From: an uncultured Desulfomonile sp.
GTDB taxonomy: Bacteria; Desulfobacterota; Desulfomonilia; Desulfomonilales; Desulfomonilaceae
Length of the DNA stretch: 62,752 nucleotides
Direction of reading: 5' to 3'
Assembly (NCBI GenBank): GCA_964401595.1
Contig: CAYNZA010000003.1
Coordinates: forward strand, 1 to 62,752
The position numbers were made by a program, and so were the translations under genes. The notes beneath the pieces were generated by a model. The model saw nothing but the letters and a program-made list of their open reading frames with translations, was not told the origin of the DNA and did no database searches. Below are positions 37,721 through 47,850 of the stretch, one piece after another (the first letter of the stretch is position 1; each line of letters opens with the position of its first letter).

Positions 37721-40700
37721 TCAGAGGGCGCTTGCGTGAGCCAGTTTGAGAAAAAAACGGCTCCCATGTCCCTCGTTGGATTCAACCCATACATGACCAT
37801 CCATCAAGTTACTTGATTTCTTGACTATCGCCAGACCTATGCCTGTTCCCGGATAATCTTCCTGGCTATGGAGGCGCTGAAACATGTTAAAAATTTTCTG
37901 ATGATACGCTGGAGGGATTCCTATACCGTTGTCGCTCACTTCGATAACCACATGTCCATTCGTAACTTTCGAACTTATTTGAATCCTTGGGAGTTTATCA
38001 GCGGAACGGTATGTCAGGGCGTTCTCCAGCAGGTTGGTAAAAATCTGTTCCAGAAGCGTCAGGTCGCCATGAACCTGAGGCATTTCTTCCGGAATAACAA
38101 GCTCAGCGCCCGATTCGATTATACGGTCGAAGAGTGTTTTTACGACCCGATCAATGGCCTGCAGTGGATTTATGGCATGGAGCCTTATGACTCGACGGCC
38201 GAGTCGTGAATAGCGAAGCAGGTCATCAATGAGTCTATCCATCTGCTCACTGGCTTCCACTATATTGGCAAAATATCGTTGGCCTTCTTCATTGAGGTAA
38301 TCCCGGTGTCTGCGCGCAATTATTTCAGCAAACCCGCTGATTGCCCTTAAAGGGGCCCTCAAATCGTGGGACACTGAATAGGAAAAAGATTCCAGGTCAG
38401 AGTTTGCCTGTTCAAGTTCGGCAGTGCGATCCCTCACCCTCTGTTCAAGAGACTCATTAAGTTTGATGATCAACTCTTCCGCTTCCTTGCGTTCCGTGTT
38501 GTCCTGGATAACCCCCAGTATGTAAAGTTCGCCTCCAATATCAATAAATTCACCGGCCACACTACACCTTCGTCTTTGACCGGTTTTGGACCTGAAATCA
38601 GCTTCATAATCGATGACTCTGCCTTTATCTCTTAATTCGGCGACATACCGTTCACGATCGCAAGGATTCGCCCAGAGATCCAGTTCGATCGATGTATGTC
38701 CGATGCATTCTTCCCGGCTATAACCACTGAGAACCGTAAAGGTGCGATTGATATCGACCAGCGTCCCATCCAGCGCTGATGTAATGGTCATTGCGTCCGG
38801 TGAGTTTTCGAAAGCTTTCGAAAATTTTTCTTCACTTTCTCTGAGAGCCGTTTCAGACTTTTTTTGGGCAGTGATGTCATAAGCGGTTCCCTGGATTCCA
38901 GAGATTGCTCCCTGTTCATCAGTCACAATCTTGGCGTTGAAGACTAGATCGACCTCTTTGCCCCACTTATTGATACAAGTAGTTTCGAATCCTTTAACCA
39001 TCCTGTCTTTCATGAGTTTGTCAAACATTGACATGAACCGGCTGCAAGCCTCCGGATTCTGAAATTCAGAGAAGCTCCTTCCCAGCATTTCATCCAGAGG
39101 TATAACCGAGAACTCCTTGCCAGGCCCGATTCAGATACAGATAGCGACCTTCGGTATCGCATTTCCAGATGAGATCTTGGGAGGTTTCCACAAGGTCCTG
39201 GTAAAGCGCCTCGGATTTTATTAAATCTCGCTCGGCGATCCGCTTTTCCTGGAGGGTTCGAGCCGACACGATGCCAAACGCAAGGTTGTTGGCCACCTTC
39301 ATTAGTAAAGCAACTTCATCCTGGTCAAAGGCGTCCTCATGCCCTGAGTAAATGTTAAGCGCCCCAACAGTTGTTCCATCCACGGTCAGAGGTAGGGCAA
39401 TAGAGGACTCATATCCATGTTGTGAGGCGCTTTCACACCAGGGGAAATACTCAGGACATGTCCTGATATGTCTCATTATTGATGCTTTTCCTGTTCTGAT
39501 TGCCGTGCCGGTGGGGCCACGCCCGAGTTCACAATCTTACCAGGAGATGTTCAGGTTCTGCAGATATTCCGTGTGGGATCCGGCATGGGCTACCGGGATA
39601 ACCGATCTGGCCTCATCGTTTGCTGCCATGCCAATCCACGCCATGGCATGCCCTCCCTCAGTCACTACCAGGTTGCAGACCTCATGGAGCAAGTACGCTT
39701 CGCTAGACGCTTTAGCAACCACTTCATTGCATGTGCTGAGAAGCAACAGACCACGATTGGATTTCTCCAGTCTGAGCTGGGCCTGCCTGTGGGCCGATAT
39801 CTCTGAAAGAAGTTGAGTGTTCAGCCGCGTTGTTTCTTCTTGTGAGCGTTTGCGCTCTGTGATGTCTTCAAAAACGCCCAGTAAGGCATAAGGTTCACCG
39901 GAATCATTCGTCAACGGAATTTTGGTCGTGCTCACCCAGATTCGTCTTCCATCAGCCTGTTGAACTTGCTCTGTGATGTCATTTTTTGCATGGTTCTTCG
40001 AGATCACTTCGTGGTCATCAGCGCGGTAGGCGTCTGCTTCCTCTCGTGGCCAGGGAAGGTCGTAATCGGTTTTGCCCACTATCTCGTCAGGGTCTTTGAA
40101 TCCGGCTGCCCTCGCGAAATTACGGTTACATCCCAAATACAGGCCTTCGCGATCTTTCCAGAAGATCGACTGTGGAACCGAATCGAGAATCGCAGCGGTC
40201 CGTGCGCTACTCTCCCGCAAAGCCTGCTCCGCTTGTTTATGTTCGTTGATGTCCAAAGTTATACCGGCCATTTGTAGCGGTTTCCCGTAACCATCGCGCT
40301 GGACGACTCTCCCTCTGTCCATGATCCACTTCCAGTCACCGGATCTAGTCCTCAGGCGGTGTTCACACCTGAAGAAATCGACTCCGCCCTGAAGATGTGC
40401 GTTCCATGTTTTTAGGGCAGTTGGGAGATCATCGGGGTGGACTTGAGATTCCCAAAACTTGAAGGTAGGCTGAATCTCCGACAGAGAATATCCGATTATA
40501 TTGGCCCAACGTTCGTTGAAAATGACATCTCCCGTCTGGACATTACAATTCCATAAACCTATCTCCGCTCCTTGCACGGCAAGCTCCAGTTGCTGGGACA
40601 TTTCCCGTTCCAGCGCTTCCAGTTTACTGTGAGTGAGCTTTCGGTGAGCTATGAACAAGCCGGAGAGGAAAAAAAACACCAAAAGGAAATCAAGAATCAG

Positions 40701-41252
40701 CAAATTGATTCGTCTGGCTCGCACCAGTCGTTCCAATGTCTGTTCACGCTGGATCAGGAGATTTTCTTCTTCGTCTTTTATCAAACCGGACAACGAGCGG
40801 ATCTGATCCATTAAACGTTTTCCATCATCAGAGTGGACCAGCTCGAATGCGGTGTCCGCACCTGTAGTTGCCCTGACAGATATGGTCCGAGAGAGTTCCG
40901 CAAATTTTAGTTCAACCAGTTTTTCGACGGAATCCTGCTGAACAGGGTTATCAGCAACCAATTCTCTAAGTTGTTTGAGCTGTGGGTCAATTTCACCGGT
41001 TGCAAAACTGTAAGGCTGAAGATAACTGCGTTTTCCGGTTATGAGGTAGCCTCGCTGGCCTGTTTCAGCGCTCTGGATTAACGAAATAATCTCTTGAAGT
41101 TTTTCGATAACCTGATACGTGTGAATGACCCAATTGCGCGATTGAACAGATCTTTTCTCGTTGTAATATGACAAGACGGTGACAATGACTATCAGCGCCA
41201 AGGCCAGTCCCAGCCCTGTTCCGATTTTTGTTTTTTCACTCAGGTTTGTCAT
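37721..41252 (-). pseudogene. CHASE3 - TM - PAS - PAS - GAF - PAS - PAS - HisKA - HATPase_c sensor kinase, interrupted by an in-frame TAA and a 1-nt frameshift
   Basis: Three consecutive ORFs (39537-41252, 39090-39476, 37721-39088) together encode one colinear kinase. TAA at 39537-39539 sits inside the GAF domain (NISW-TAA-DCELGRGPTGTAIRTGKASIMRH, same frame). At about 39089-39096 the minus strand reads ACC TCT GGA TGA A ATG. Removing one G restores ...GYTSDEMLGRSFSEF, a typical PAS N-cap. Confidence 0.75.
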
Positions 41253-41556
41253 GCCTTTTTCGGAAAATCTGTTTTGTAGTAAATAATCAGATGTTAAAGA
41301 CGATTACAAAAACTTTCTAAAAAACGGAATATTCCCTTACCCTACCACATACGTTGTTTCGCTAAAAGTCATTTTAGCTCGATCAGTATTGCTTCCGGCT
41401 TGCCCCACTCTCAATTTTTGCCGAGATCTCATGGGACTTCTTCCAGATGCGCTTCGGGAAACAATCGCAAAGACAACCATTTGAATCCCATCTCCTGGAA
41501 ATGCTATACAATAACTCTCTGCGCTGTTTAGGCCGATTCATTTGGGAGGTAGCTTG

Positions 41557-42471
41557 ATGAGATGTGAAAAACCTGGCAAGATATGCGAGTCCCTGTGGTT
41601 TTTGGGACATCCGGAATCGTGTGTTTACTTGGTAGAAGGGCAAGATGAATCAATAATCATAAGTGGTGGAATGAGTTACATTGCGCCTGCGATAGTGCGG
41701 CAGATGAATGAATTCAGGCTCGATGAAAGCAAAATACGGAGCGCACTGATTTTACATGCTCATTTTGATCACATTGGAATCATACCTTTTTTACGTGAGC
41801 GTTACCCCGGACTCAGAGTATATGTTTCCAAGCGGGGATCAGAGATTCTGTCTGAGCCGCGCAACGTAAACACCATCAACAAATTCAGTCGTGGTGTAGC
41901 CTCACACATGGGAATGGAAGAGGAATATTCCAGCGGCCATCGTGATTGGCATGCAGGATCAGAGTTGAATTTGGTGTCGGGTGAAAGCGTGATAGACCTT
42001 GGTGACATGGAAGTGATGATACTCCGGACCCCAGGCCATTCTTCATGTTCCATTTCAGCCTATGTTCCAAAACTTAAAGCTGTTTTTCCTTCTGACGGAG
42101 GAGGAATACCCTACAAGGATTCAATAGCGCCTGCGCCAAATTCAAATTTTGAGCAATACATGAAGAGCCTGAAAGTACTGGAGTCTCTGGATGTAAAATA
42201 CATCTGCGCAGATCATTTCGGATACGTTTATGGCGAAGAAGCCTCCGCTTATTTCGGCCTTTCAATAGAGAAAGCAAATTCCGAATACGCCATACTCGAG
42301 AGGGTTTTAACCGATACAGGAGATGTAAATCTGGCCGCAAAAAAGGTCTCGGAATCTTTTATAGCTGAAAATCCTGATTACATACTTACCCAGGAAATCT
42401 ATGAAGGTGTGTGTCGTCAGATAATGAAACAGATTGCAAGGTCTCGGGAAGTCCGAGCCGCTAAGGCATAA
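41557..42471 (+). CDS. MBL-fold metallo-hydrolase
   Basis: The zinc motif is ILHAHFDHIG, with a later TPGHS. GGGAGG lies 7 nt upstream of ATG 41557. Confidence 0.75.
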   Translation: MRCEKPGKICESLWFLGHPESCVYLVEGQDESIIISGGMSYIAPAIVRQMNEFRLDESKIRSALILHAHFDHIGIIPFLRERYPGLRVYVSKRGSEILSEPRNVNTINKFSRGVASHMGMEEEYSSGHRDWHAGSELNLVSGESVIDLGDMEVMILRTPGHSSCSISAYVPKLKAVFPSDGGGIPYKDSIAPAPNSNFEQYMKSLKVLESLDVKYICADHFGYVYGEEASAYFGLSIEKANSEYAILERVLTDTGDVNLAAKKVSESFIAENPDYILTQEIYEGVCRQIMKQIARSREVRAAKA

Positions 42472-42572
42472 CTTTTTGGGCCGGACTAAATGGTGGAGCT
42501 TCGGTTATCCTGAAACTGACCATGAAGACCGAAATCTGTCGATTGATCCGGTTAGGCTATCCCTTTGCGTTG

Positions 42573-43577
42573 TTATGTAGAAGCAAGATCCCGGAAGGCC
42601 TTGATGGTCCCCAGGCCCTGAGCTTCAAATATGGCCCTGATGATTGCCCTGGAAACACAATCAGCGGCTGCAGATCCTATTTCATTTAGCGCTTCAGCAA
42701 GAGGAACGGGGAAAAAGCCCTTTGTTTGATTGAGATCCCGTTCTCCGGTAGCGATGCAAAAAATCGTGTCGCCATCGAACATGGTGTGAGCGGGCCTTAT
42801 AGCGCGGGCAAGCCCATCCTGCGACATCTGGGCTATTTTCTTGCACTGCGCCTTGGTCAAAGCCGCATTGACCGCCACAACCCCTATAGTGGTGTTAGAG
42901 GTTGGAGCTGAGCCGGCTATAGTCGGAGTATGGACGGATTTTTTGCCAATGGCTCCAAACTCGTCGTTGATTTCAAGGCCAATTTCCCAAGGGGCGCCCG
43001 TAGCAGGATTGATTACGGAACCGAGCGAATTCACCGCTATCAATGCGCCCACTGTGAGTCCAGACTCCAAGACTTCACTAGCCGAGCCGATCCCTCCTTT
43101 TATGCCTCCCGAGATGGCCCCCGTTCCTGCTCCTGCGCATCCAAGCGGGATAGGGCCTTCTGAAGCTGATTGGCAGGCTTTGGTTCCCCACTCGGGACCT
43201 ATCGGCGGGATGTATGATTGACCGCGGCCCAGGTCAAACAAACTCGCTCCCGGAACAATTGGAGCGACCTGTCCCTCGGCGAGCCTAAAACCATGTCCTT
43301 GTTGAGCCAGCCATCGAACGACTCCGTCAGCGGCGCTCAGCCCATAGACAGATCCCCCGCTGAGGACGATAGCCTGGACCTTCTCTACCAGGTTGATCGG
43401 GTCGAGCAAGTCAGTTTCCCTGGTTCCAGGAGCCGAGCCACGAACGTCAACACCGCATACTGCGCCCGACGTGCAAAGAACGACTGAAATTCCGCTTGCC
43501 GCTGATATTGATGTGAAGTGTCCGACCAAGACACCGTCGATGTCTGTCAGGCTGTTGTGTTTACCGGTTTTTTTCAT
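42573..43577 (-). CDS. P1/S58-family aminopeptidase (DmpA/BapA-like Ntn hydrolase)
   Basis: NSLTDIDGVLVGHFT, GTRETDLL and NTTIGVVAVNAALTKAQ are typical of the DmpA family. The start is uncertain (ATG 43577 or ATG 43628). Confidence 0.75.
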   Translation of the reverse strand: MKKTGKHNSLTDIDGVLVGHFTSISAASGISVVLCTSGAVCGVDVRGSAPGTRETDLLDPINLVEKVQAIVLSGGSVYGLSAADGVVRWLAQQGHGFRLAEGQVAPIVPGASLFDLGRGQSYIPPIGPEWGTKACQSASEGPIPLGCAGAGTGAISGGIKGGIGSASEVLESGLTVGALIAVNSLGSVINPATGAPWEIGLEINDEFGAIGKKSVHTPTIAGSAPTSNTTIGVVAVNAALTKAQCKKIAQMSQDGLARAIRPAHTMFDGDTIFCIATGERDLNQTKGFFPVPLAEALNEIGSAAADCVSRAIIRAIFEAQGLGTIKAFRDLAST

Positions 43578-44320
43578 TGGATTGATCCAGAGAGACGCAA
43601 GTCTCCAGAATGTGACATATATGGTCATCGCTGTCCACAGCCAGATTTCTTGCTGAAAATAGCCTGATTTTTACGTCTGAACTGTTCAAGGCGTCCAGAG
43701 ACGACAATGGATTGACAAAACCTTTTTTCATTTATCACAGATCTTTATTTTCTTACAACATCATGGTCGGCCTGATTGTTGACATAATATGTCGCAATTG
43801 ATAAGTTCCTTGATGATTACCATGCCATATCGTGTGTTCCGGCCGGATTGCAAATGACGATGCGACTCTCCATAGCATTCTTAATCCCCATCGTAGGTGT
43901 TTGCATTGATTTCCCTCTGGAGGAATTGGAAAATCTTCTAACATTGTTTATCGATGAAGGGTTTGGTTTACCCCATGATTATGTATGGGAAATCCCGCCT
44001 GTTCCGTTTTCATCATTTCATCTCCATGATATTTCTCTTTACCACCTGGTGTTTTCTCAACCTGGAAGAGAGTTATTTGGTGAAAAAAACATTCTCGGTT
44101 CCATTAAATCCGGGTTTTTGAAAAACTGTTGCTCAATCGGGTCGGTGAGAGTAGGCTACCGAACCGTATGCTCCTCTATCGTCCCCCGCGATCTATCTTC
44201 CCGAAACAAGTTTTGATTCAGTTCCAGTCTGTCCCGATCCTCATTATATCCATACGATTTTTCGAGAACCACTGAAAATCCATGAGAAATCATTATTTCT
44301 CGTTTAAAAGAGGTCCAACC

Positions 44321-44554
44321 ATGTTTGGCGTACAAGAACTGATAATAATTTTGTTGATAGTGGTGCTACTGTTTGGAGGAAAAAGGATTCCCGAGATCAT
44401 GAGCGGCCTGGGTAAAGGTATCAAGAGTTTCAAACAGGCGGTGGACGGACAGGATATTCCTGATGATGATCATCCTGCAACAGTTTCAGGCTCGGGCAAA
44501 TCAGAAGCCTCCAAATCCGCGCAATCTACAGGCGATCCGAATAAAGCGGTGTAG
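44321..44554 (+). CDS. tatA: Twin-arginine translocase subunit TatA/TatE
   Basis: MFGVQELIIILLIVVLLFGGKRIPEIMSGLGKGIKSFKQAV is a canonical TatA N-terminus. The RBS AAAAGAGG lies about 8 nt upstream of ATG 44321. Confidence 0.9.
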   Translation: MFGVQELIIILLIVVLLFGGKRIPEIMSGLGKGIKSFKQAVDGQDIPDDDHPATVSGSGKSEASKSAQSTGDPNKAV

Positions 44555-44649
44555 ATGCCGGATTGTCAATCCGGAAAAACTTGAGCCGTTGACTATCGCT
44601 ATCAAATCTGAATGTTCGTTTCAGCTAACCGAATTCATGGAGAAAGAAG

Positions 44650-44826
44650 ATGATTTTCCAATCCAGTCCATCTCATAGCCTCACTTTGCGTCTTCGTTTT
44701 GAGAGGCGTCCTGGCGCTCTAGCCAGAGTGGCCTCCACTATCGGGGAAAATGAGGCTCTCATAGGTTCAATTCCGATCGTCAGGATTGAACAGGAATTTG
44801 TCACGAGAGATTTTATTCGGCGATGA
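44650..44826 (+). CDS. 58-aa ACT-domain-like mini-protein, below the ORF-track cutoff. It may be a 5' remnant of an ACT-domain malic enzyme gene.
   Basis: The translation is MIFQSSPSHSLTLRLRFERRPGALARVASTIGENEALIGSIPIVRIEQEFVTRDFIRR, an ACT-like beta-alpha-beta start (RPGALARVAS.IG). GGAG lies 7 nt upstream of the ATG. The stop is 27 nt from the 3' end of the convergent gene. Confidence 0.4.
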   Translation: MIFQSSPSHSLTLRLRFERRPGALARVASTIGENEALIGSIPIVRIEQEFVTRDFIRR

Positions 44827-44852
44827 CAGGAGTCATAATCTGTTTGAACCTT

Positions 44853-46700
44853 TCAGGAACCACCGGCGCCAAATAATTCCTTCATCCGGATTAGCAGTGA
44901 AAAGTCTCCCTTTGCCATGTATTTTCCCTGCATCAACATTTTCTGCCCATCGGCTTTGCCCGTCATGATTTCCACCCACAGATCGAAGGGTGATTCAATG
45001 GTCAGGTCCGGATTGTCGCTGAAGCCTTCTCCAGTCCGGATTTCACCGTTCGAGATCTTAAACCAGCAGGCGCCGGGCGCTTCCCCGCTAAATGTGAACT
45101 GGATGGTTGCCCTCGTTTCTCCAGCGGATTTTGGATCAAACGCCCAGGTCATTATTGTGGTAAAACTCTCAATCGAATCGGGACTTGGAACCAGTCTTTT
45201 TTGCTGGAATTCCTTTGGGTTCACTCCCTCGGATATGCACGATTTCCAGAAGATGTTCGCCATCTTGGCCATTGAATGTGAATCCATGAGAGGCATGGTG
45301 ATTCGTTGGAGGGTCTCATCAGAAATCTTCATGGAATTGACAAGTTCTTTTCCTGCAGTGATTGTGGCTTCAAGAACGGCATCCAGTTGTCTGGACAGTT
45401 TTGGTAAAGCCATCATTTCGGCTCCTGGCCTGTATATCTCAGCCACAAGTCCCTTGCCGAAAAGAAAATGCGCATAAGAAGAAAGTTGTTTGAAGACCGA
45501 ATGCTCCGGAAAACCGGCCACGCTTAGCATTACGGCTCCTGGAGGCACTTTTCTCATAGGATGAGTTGTTTTTCCCCCTCGTTCCACAAAGAAGGGTTCC
45601 AGATTGGGAAGAGTGCGTTCGATGAAATTTTTCATGTCTGCGTTGACTGTGAAGTGGTAAAGGGGTGTGGCATACACACACAAGTCAGAAGCCAGCCATT
45701 CGGGTAACAGTTCGTTGGTCATGTCGTCTTTATGAACGCATATCCCCGGTGTCTTGGTCCAGCAGGTGAAGCAACCGATGCAATGCCTGACCTGCTTATC
45801 TCGCAAATGAACCATTCTTACTTCTGCCCCGGCTTCTCGCATTCCCTTTATTAATGAGTCCAGCATCAGGAAAGTCCGGCTTGTTTTTTCTCCTCTGGGA
45901 CTTGAGTTTATTGCCATCACTTTCATTGATGTTTTCCTTTCTGTTTTAGGCAGGCCATTTAAACAAAGCTCTTCTTGCTGAGAATATGACGTGGTTTGGT
46001 CGGAACAGGAGTTTGTCCCCGTTGAAACTGACGAAGTCCGGGGCAAGGTTATTACCCTGTGGGCATCGTTCCGGTTTTCAACTATGGTTGAAGGGCCAGG
46101 TTTGTTTCCTGGATTGGAATAAACAAAACGCCTCATGTAGTATTCCGGAAAACGGCGATTAAAGATTAACGACGTTGCGGTGATGATTGTTACCGGAATT
46201 AAAGCACGAGTAATGATTGACGGAAAAAGACTGATGAGCGCACAGATGAAAAAAATTCCGGCCCAAACGTATGTCATTAGGCGATTGATCATCACGAAGG
46301 GAAGCGAATTCCAGACAACTTCGGGCGCAGATTTTTTTGCGTAATGATACGTGAATGGGTCCATGCCGATTAATGGAGGAAAGAATGCAGCTACAAAGAG
46401 ACAGGTATAAACTCCGGTCACCGCAAATTGGCTCAGGATAGACCCGGTAGCTTCGGGCCATAGCTCAAGGCAAAGAAAAACCGCAAGAAAATAACCGCCG
46501 ACCGCCCAATCGAAATACGTTGGCTTATCCCAGCAGGATGCCAGTACCAGGATAAAAACGCAGTAAGCCAGAATGGCTGATACACCGATCAACAATGTGT
46601 GAGGATCCCTCCCCAAGGACGCCCATATTTTGAAAGAAACCAGGGCAGGGAAAGGAGCTAAATAAAGAAATATTTGCCGGCCTTTGGTCAGAGCGGCCAC
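44853..46700 (-). CDS. Fusion protein: polytopic membrane domain, flavodoxin-like NAD(P)H-dependent FMN reductase / iron-sulfur-flavoprotein-like domain, and SCP2 sterol-carrier domain
   Basis: GTG 46700 is preceded by GGAGGA at 6 nt. Residues 1 to about 195 form 5-6 TM helices. The flavoprotein core starts at MKVMAINSSPRGEKT with HCIGCFTCW. The C-terminal part is SCP2-like (TIQFTFSGEAPGACWFKISNGE...GKADGQKMLMQGKYMAKGD). Confidence 0.7.
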   Translation of the reverse strand: MAALTKGRQIFLYLAPFPALVSFKIWASLGRDPHTLLIGVSAILAYCVFILVLASCWDKPTYFDWAVGGYFLAVFLCLELWPEATGSILSQFAVTGVYTCLFVAAFFPPLIGMDPFTYHYAKKSAPEVVWNSLPFVMINRLMTYVWAGIFFICALISLFPSIITRALIPVTIITATSLIFNRRFPEYYMRRFVYSNPGNKPGPSTIVENRNDAHRVITLPRTSSVSTGTNSCSDQTTSYSQQEELCLNGLPKTERKTSMKVMAINSSPRGEKTSRTFLMLDSLIKGMREAGAEVRMVHLRDKQVRHCIGCFTCWTKTPGICVHKDDMTNELLPEWLASDLCVYATPLYHFTVNADMKNFIERTLPNLEPFFVERGGKTTHPMRKVPPGAVMLSVAGFPEHSVFKQLSSYAHFLFGKGLVAEIYRPGAEMMALPKLSRQLDAVLEATITAGKELVNSMKISDETLQRITMPLMDSHSMAKMANIFWKSCISEGVNPKEFQQKRLVPSPDSIESFTTIMTWAFDPKSAGETRATIQFTFSGEAPGACWFKISNGEIRTGEGFSDNPDLTIESPFDLWVEIMTGKADGQKMLMQGKYMAKGDFSLLIRMKELFGAGGS

Positions 46701-46803
46701 TATAATTCCTCCGCCTTAAATGGATCATGGAGATTAAATCAGTATCCTCGATTAAGATTGATGAATTCGGTTCGCCAGAATCCGCATGATCAGCATGGTG
46801 GCG

Positions 46804-47388
46804 TCATTTTATAGCCTTGCCGATCGAAAATGCTTTGCCAAGATGTTGACCTATGCCGTAGTAGCCACGTCCGTAATCAGGAGCCCAAAGAAACGGTTTT
46901 ATCTTTTCGATGTCCGGGCCTTTATCGCCGAGAACTTCTTCATCAGCTTTGATGTCCAGAATCTCTCCAATAAATAAAGTGTGGAGACCCACTTTGTGAG
47001 AGTGAACAAGCTTGCATTCCAAAACTATTGGGAATTCCTGCACATAAGGAGCGTTCACCAATTCGCTTTTCACAGGTGTCAATCCAGTGACAGCAAATTT
47101 GTCCACATCTTTACCAGATGCTATGCCAATGAAATCAGCCTCTTTGACGTGTTTCTCATCTGGGACACTAATAGTGAAAGCCTTCTGCTCCAAAAGCGAA
47201 GCATAGGTATGTGTGGCCTCACGAACTGAAATAGACACACAGGGCGGAGCGCTACAGCAAATTCCTCCCCAGGCGACTGTCATCACATTCGGTCTGCCGG
47301 TCTTGTCATAAGTCCCTACTATCAAAACCGGTGTGGGGTAGAGGATTGTTTTTGCGCCTATGGATTTCTTCATGACACTACTCCTCAT
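46804..47388 (-). CDS. Flavin reductase family protein (FMN-binding split barrel)
   Basis: [39 protein letters not shown] is typical of the flavin_reduct domain. Confidence 0.8.
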   Translation of the reverse strand: MRSSVMKKSIGAKTILYPTPVLIVGTYDKTGRPNVMTVAWGGICCSAPPCVSISVREATHTYASLLEQKAFTISVPDEKHVKEADFIGIASGKDVDKFAVTGLTPVKSELVNAPYVQEFPIVLECKLVHSHKVGLHTLFIGEILDIKADEEVLGDKGPDIEKIKPFLWAPDYGRGYYGIGQHLGKAFSIGKAIK

Positions 47389-47850
47389 AAGTCGATATAG
47401 TTCTCGGGGCCGCTAAACGAACTCCCGGTCATTACGATCAGACAGTTTACCCGAGAGCTGTGTTGAAATCTATCGTTATTCTCTCATGTGGCGTCCAACC
47501 ACCGGGTCTGCGCAAAACAGCGCAGATCTCTTAAAGTATGCCGGAAATGTATTCTGTAAGATAAACCCGCAGCCAGTCCATTAAATTACTGAGATTTTCC
47601 CAAGGGCTCACGCTGATTCACGACTCAGAACATTTTGGTTGACGCACTGCCGGGTTGTGGAATATTGTCAAAAATTGTATTTTGTCTGTCTAAGTGTTTG
47701 TAAGATCGGCAATAGACCTGAATAGAGTGATGGGGTTATCGGAACGCCCCCGCTTCCAGATGCAGGACGCCGGTCCACGAACGTCCATGTCTGCCACGAA
47801 CCTCTAAACGGCGCTTGAGCCGGTTAATTCATAATTAAGGAGATAGCCCT

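Noticed and set aside
39537-39539. In-frame stop in the kinase as programmed recoding (selenocysteine, pyrrolysine or readthrough)
   Set aside because: The codon is TAA, not TGA or TAG. The same gene also carries a separate 1-nt frameshift, so decay or sequencing error is the simpler explanation.
43848-44216. 122-aa plus-strand ORF as a gene
   Set aside because: It has no RBS and no recognisable domain, and it sits in an AT-rich region. I kept it only as part of the finding on the unexplained intergenic stretch.
44917-45477. 186-aa plus-strand ORF
   Set aside because: It is antisense to the flavoprotein-SCP2 coding region.
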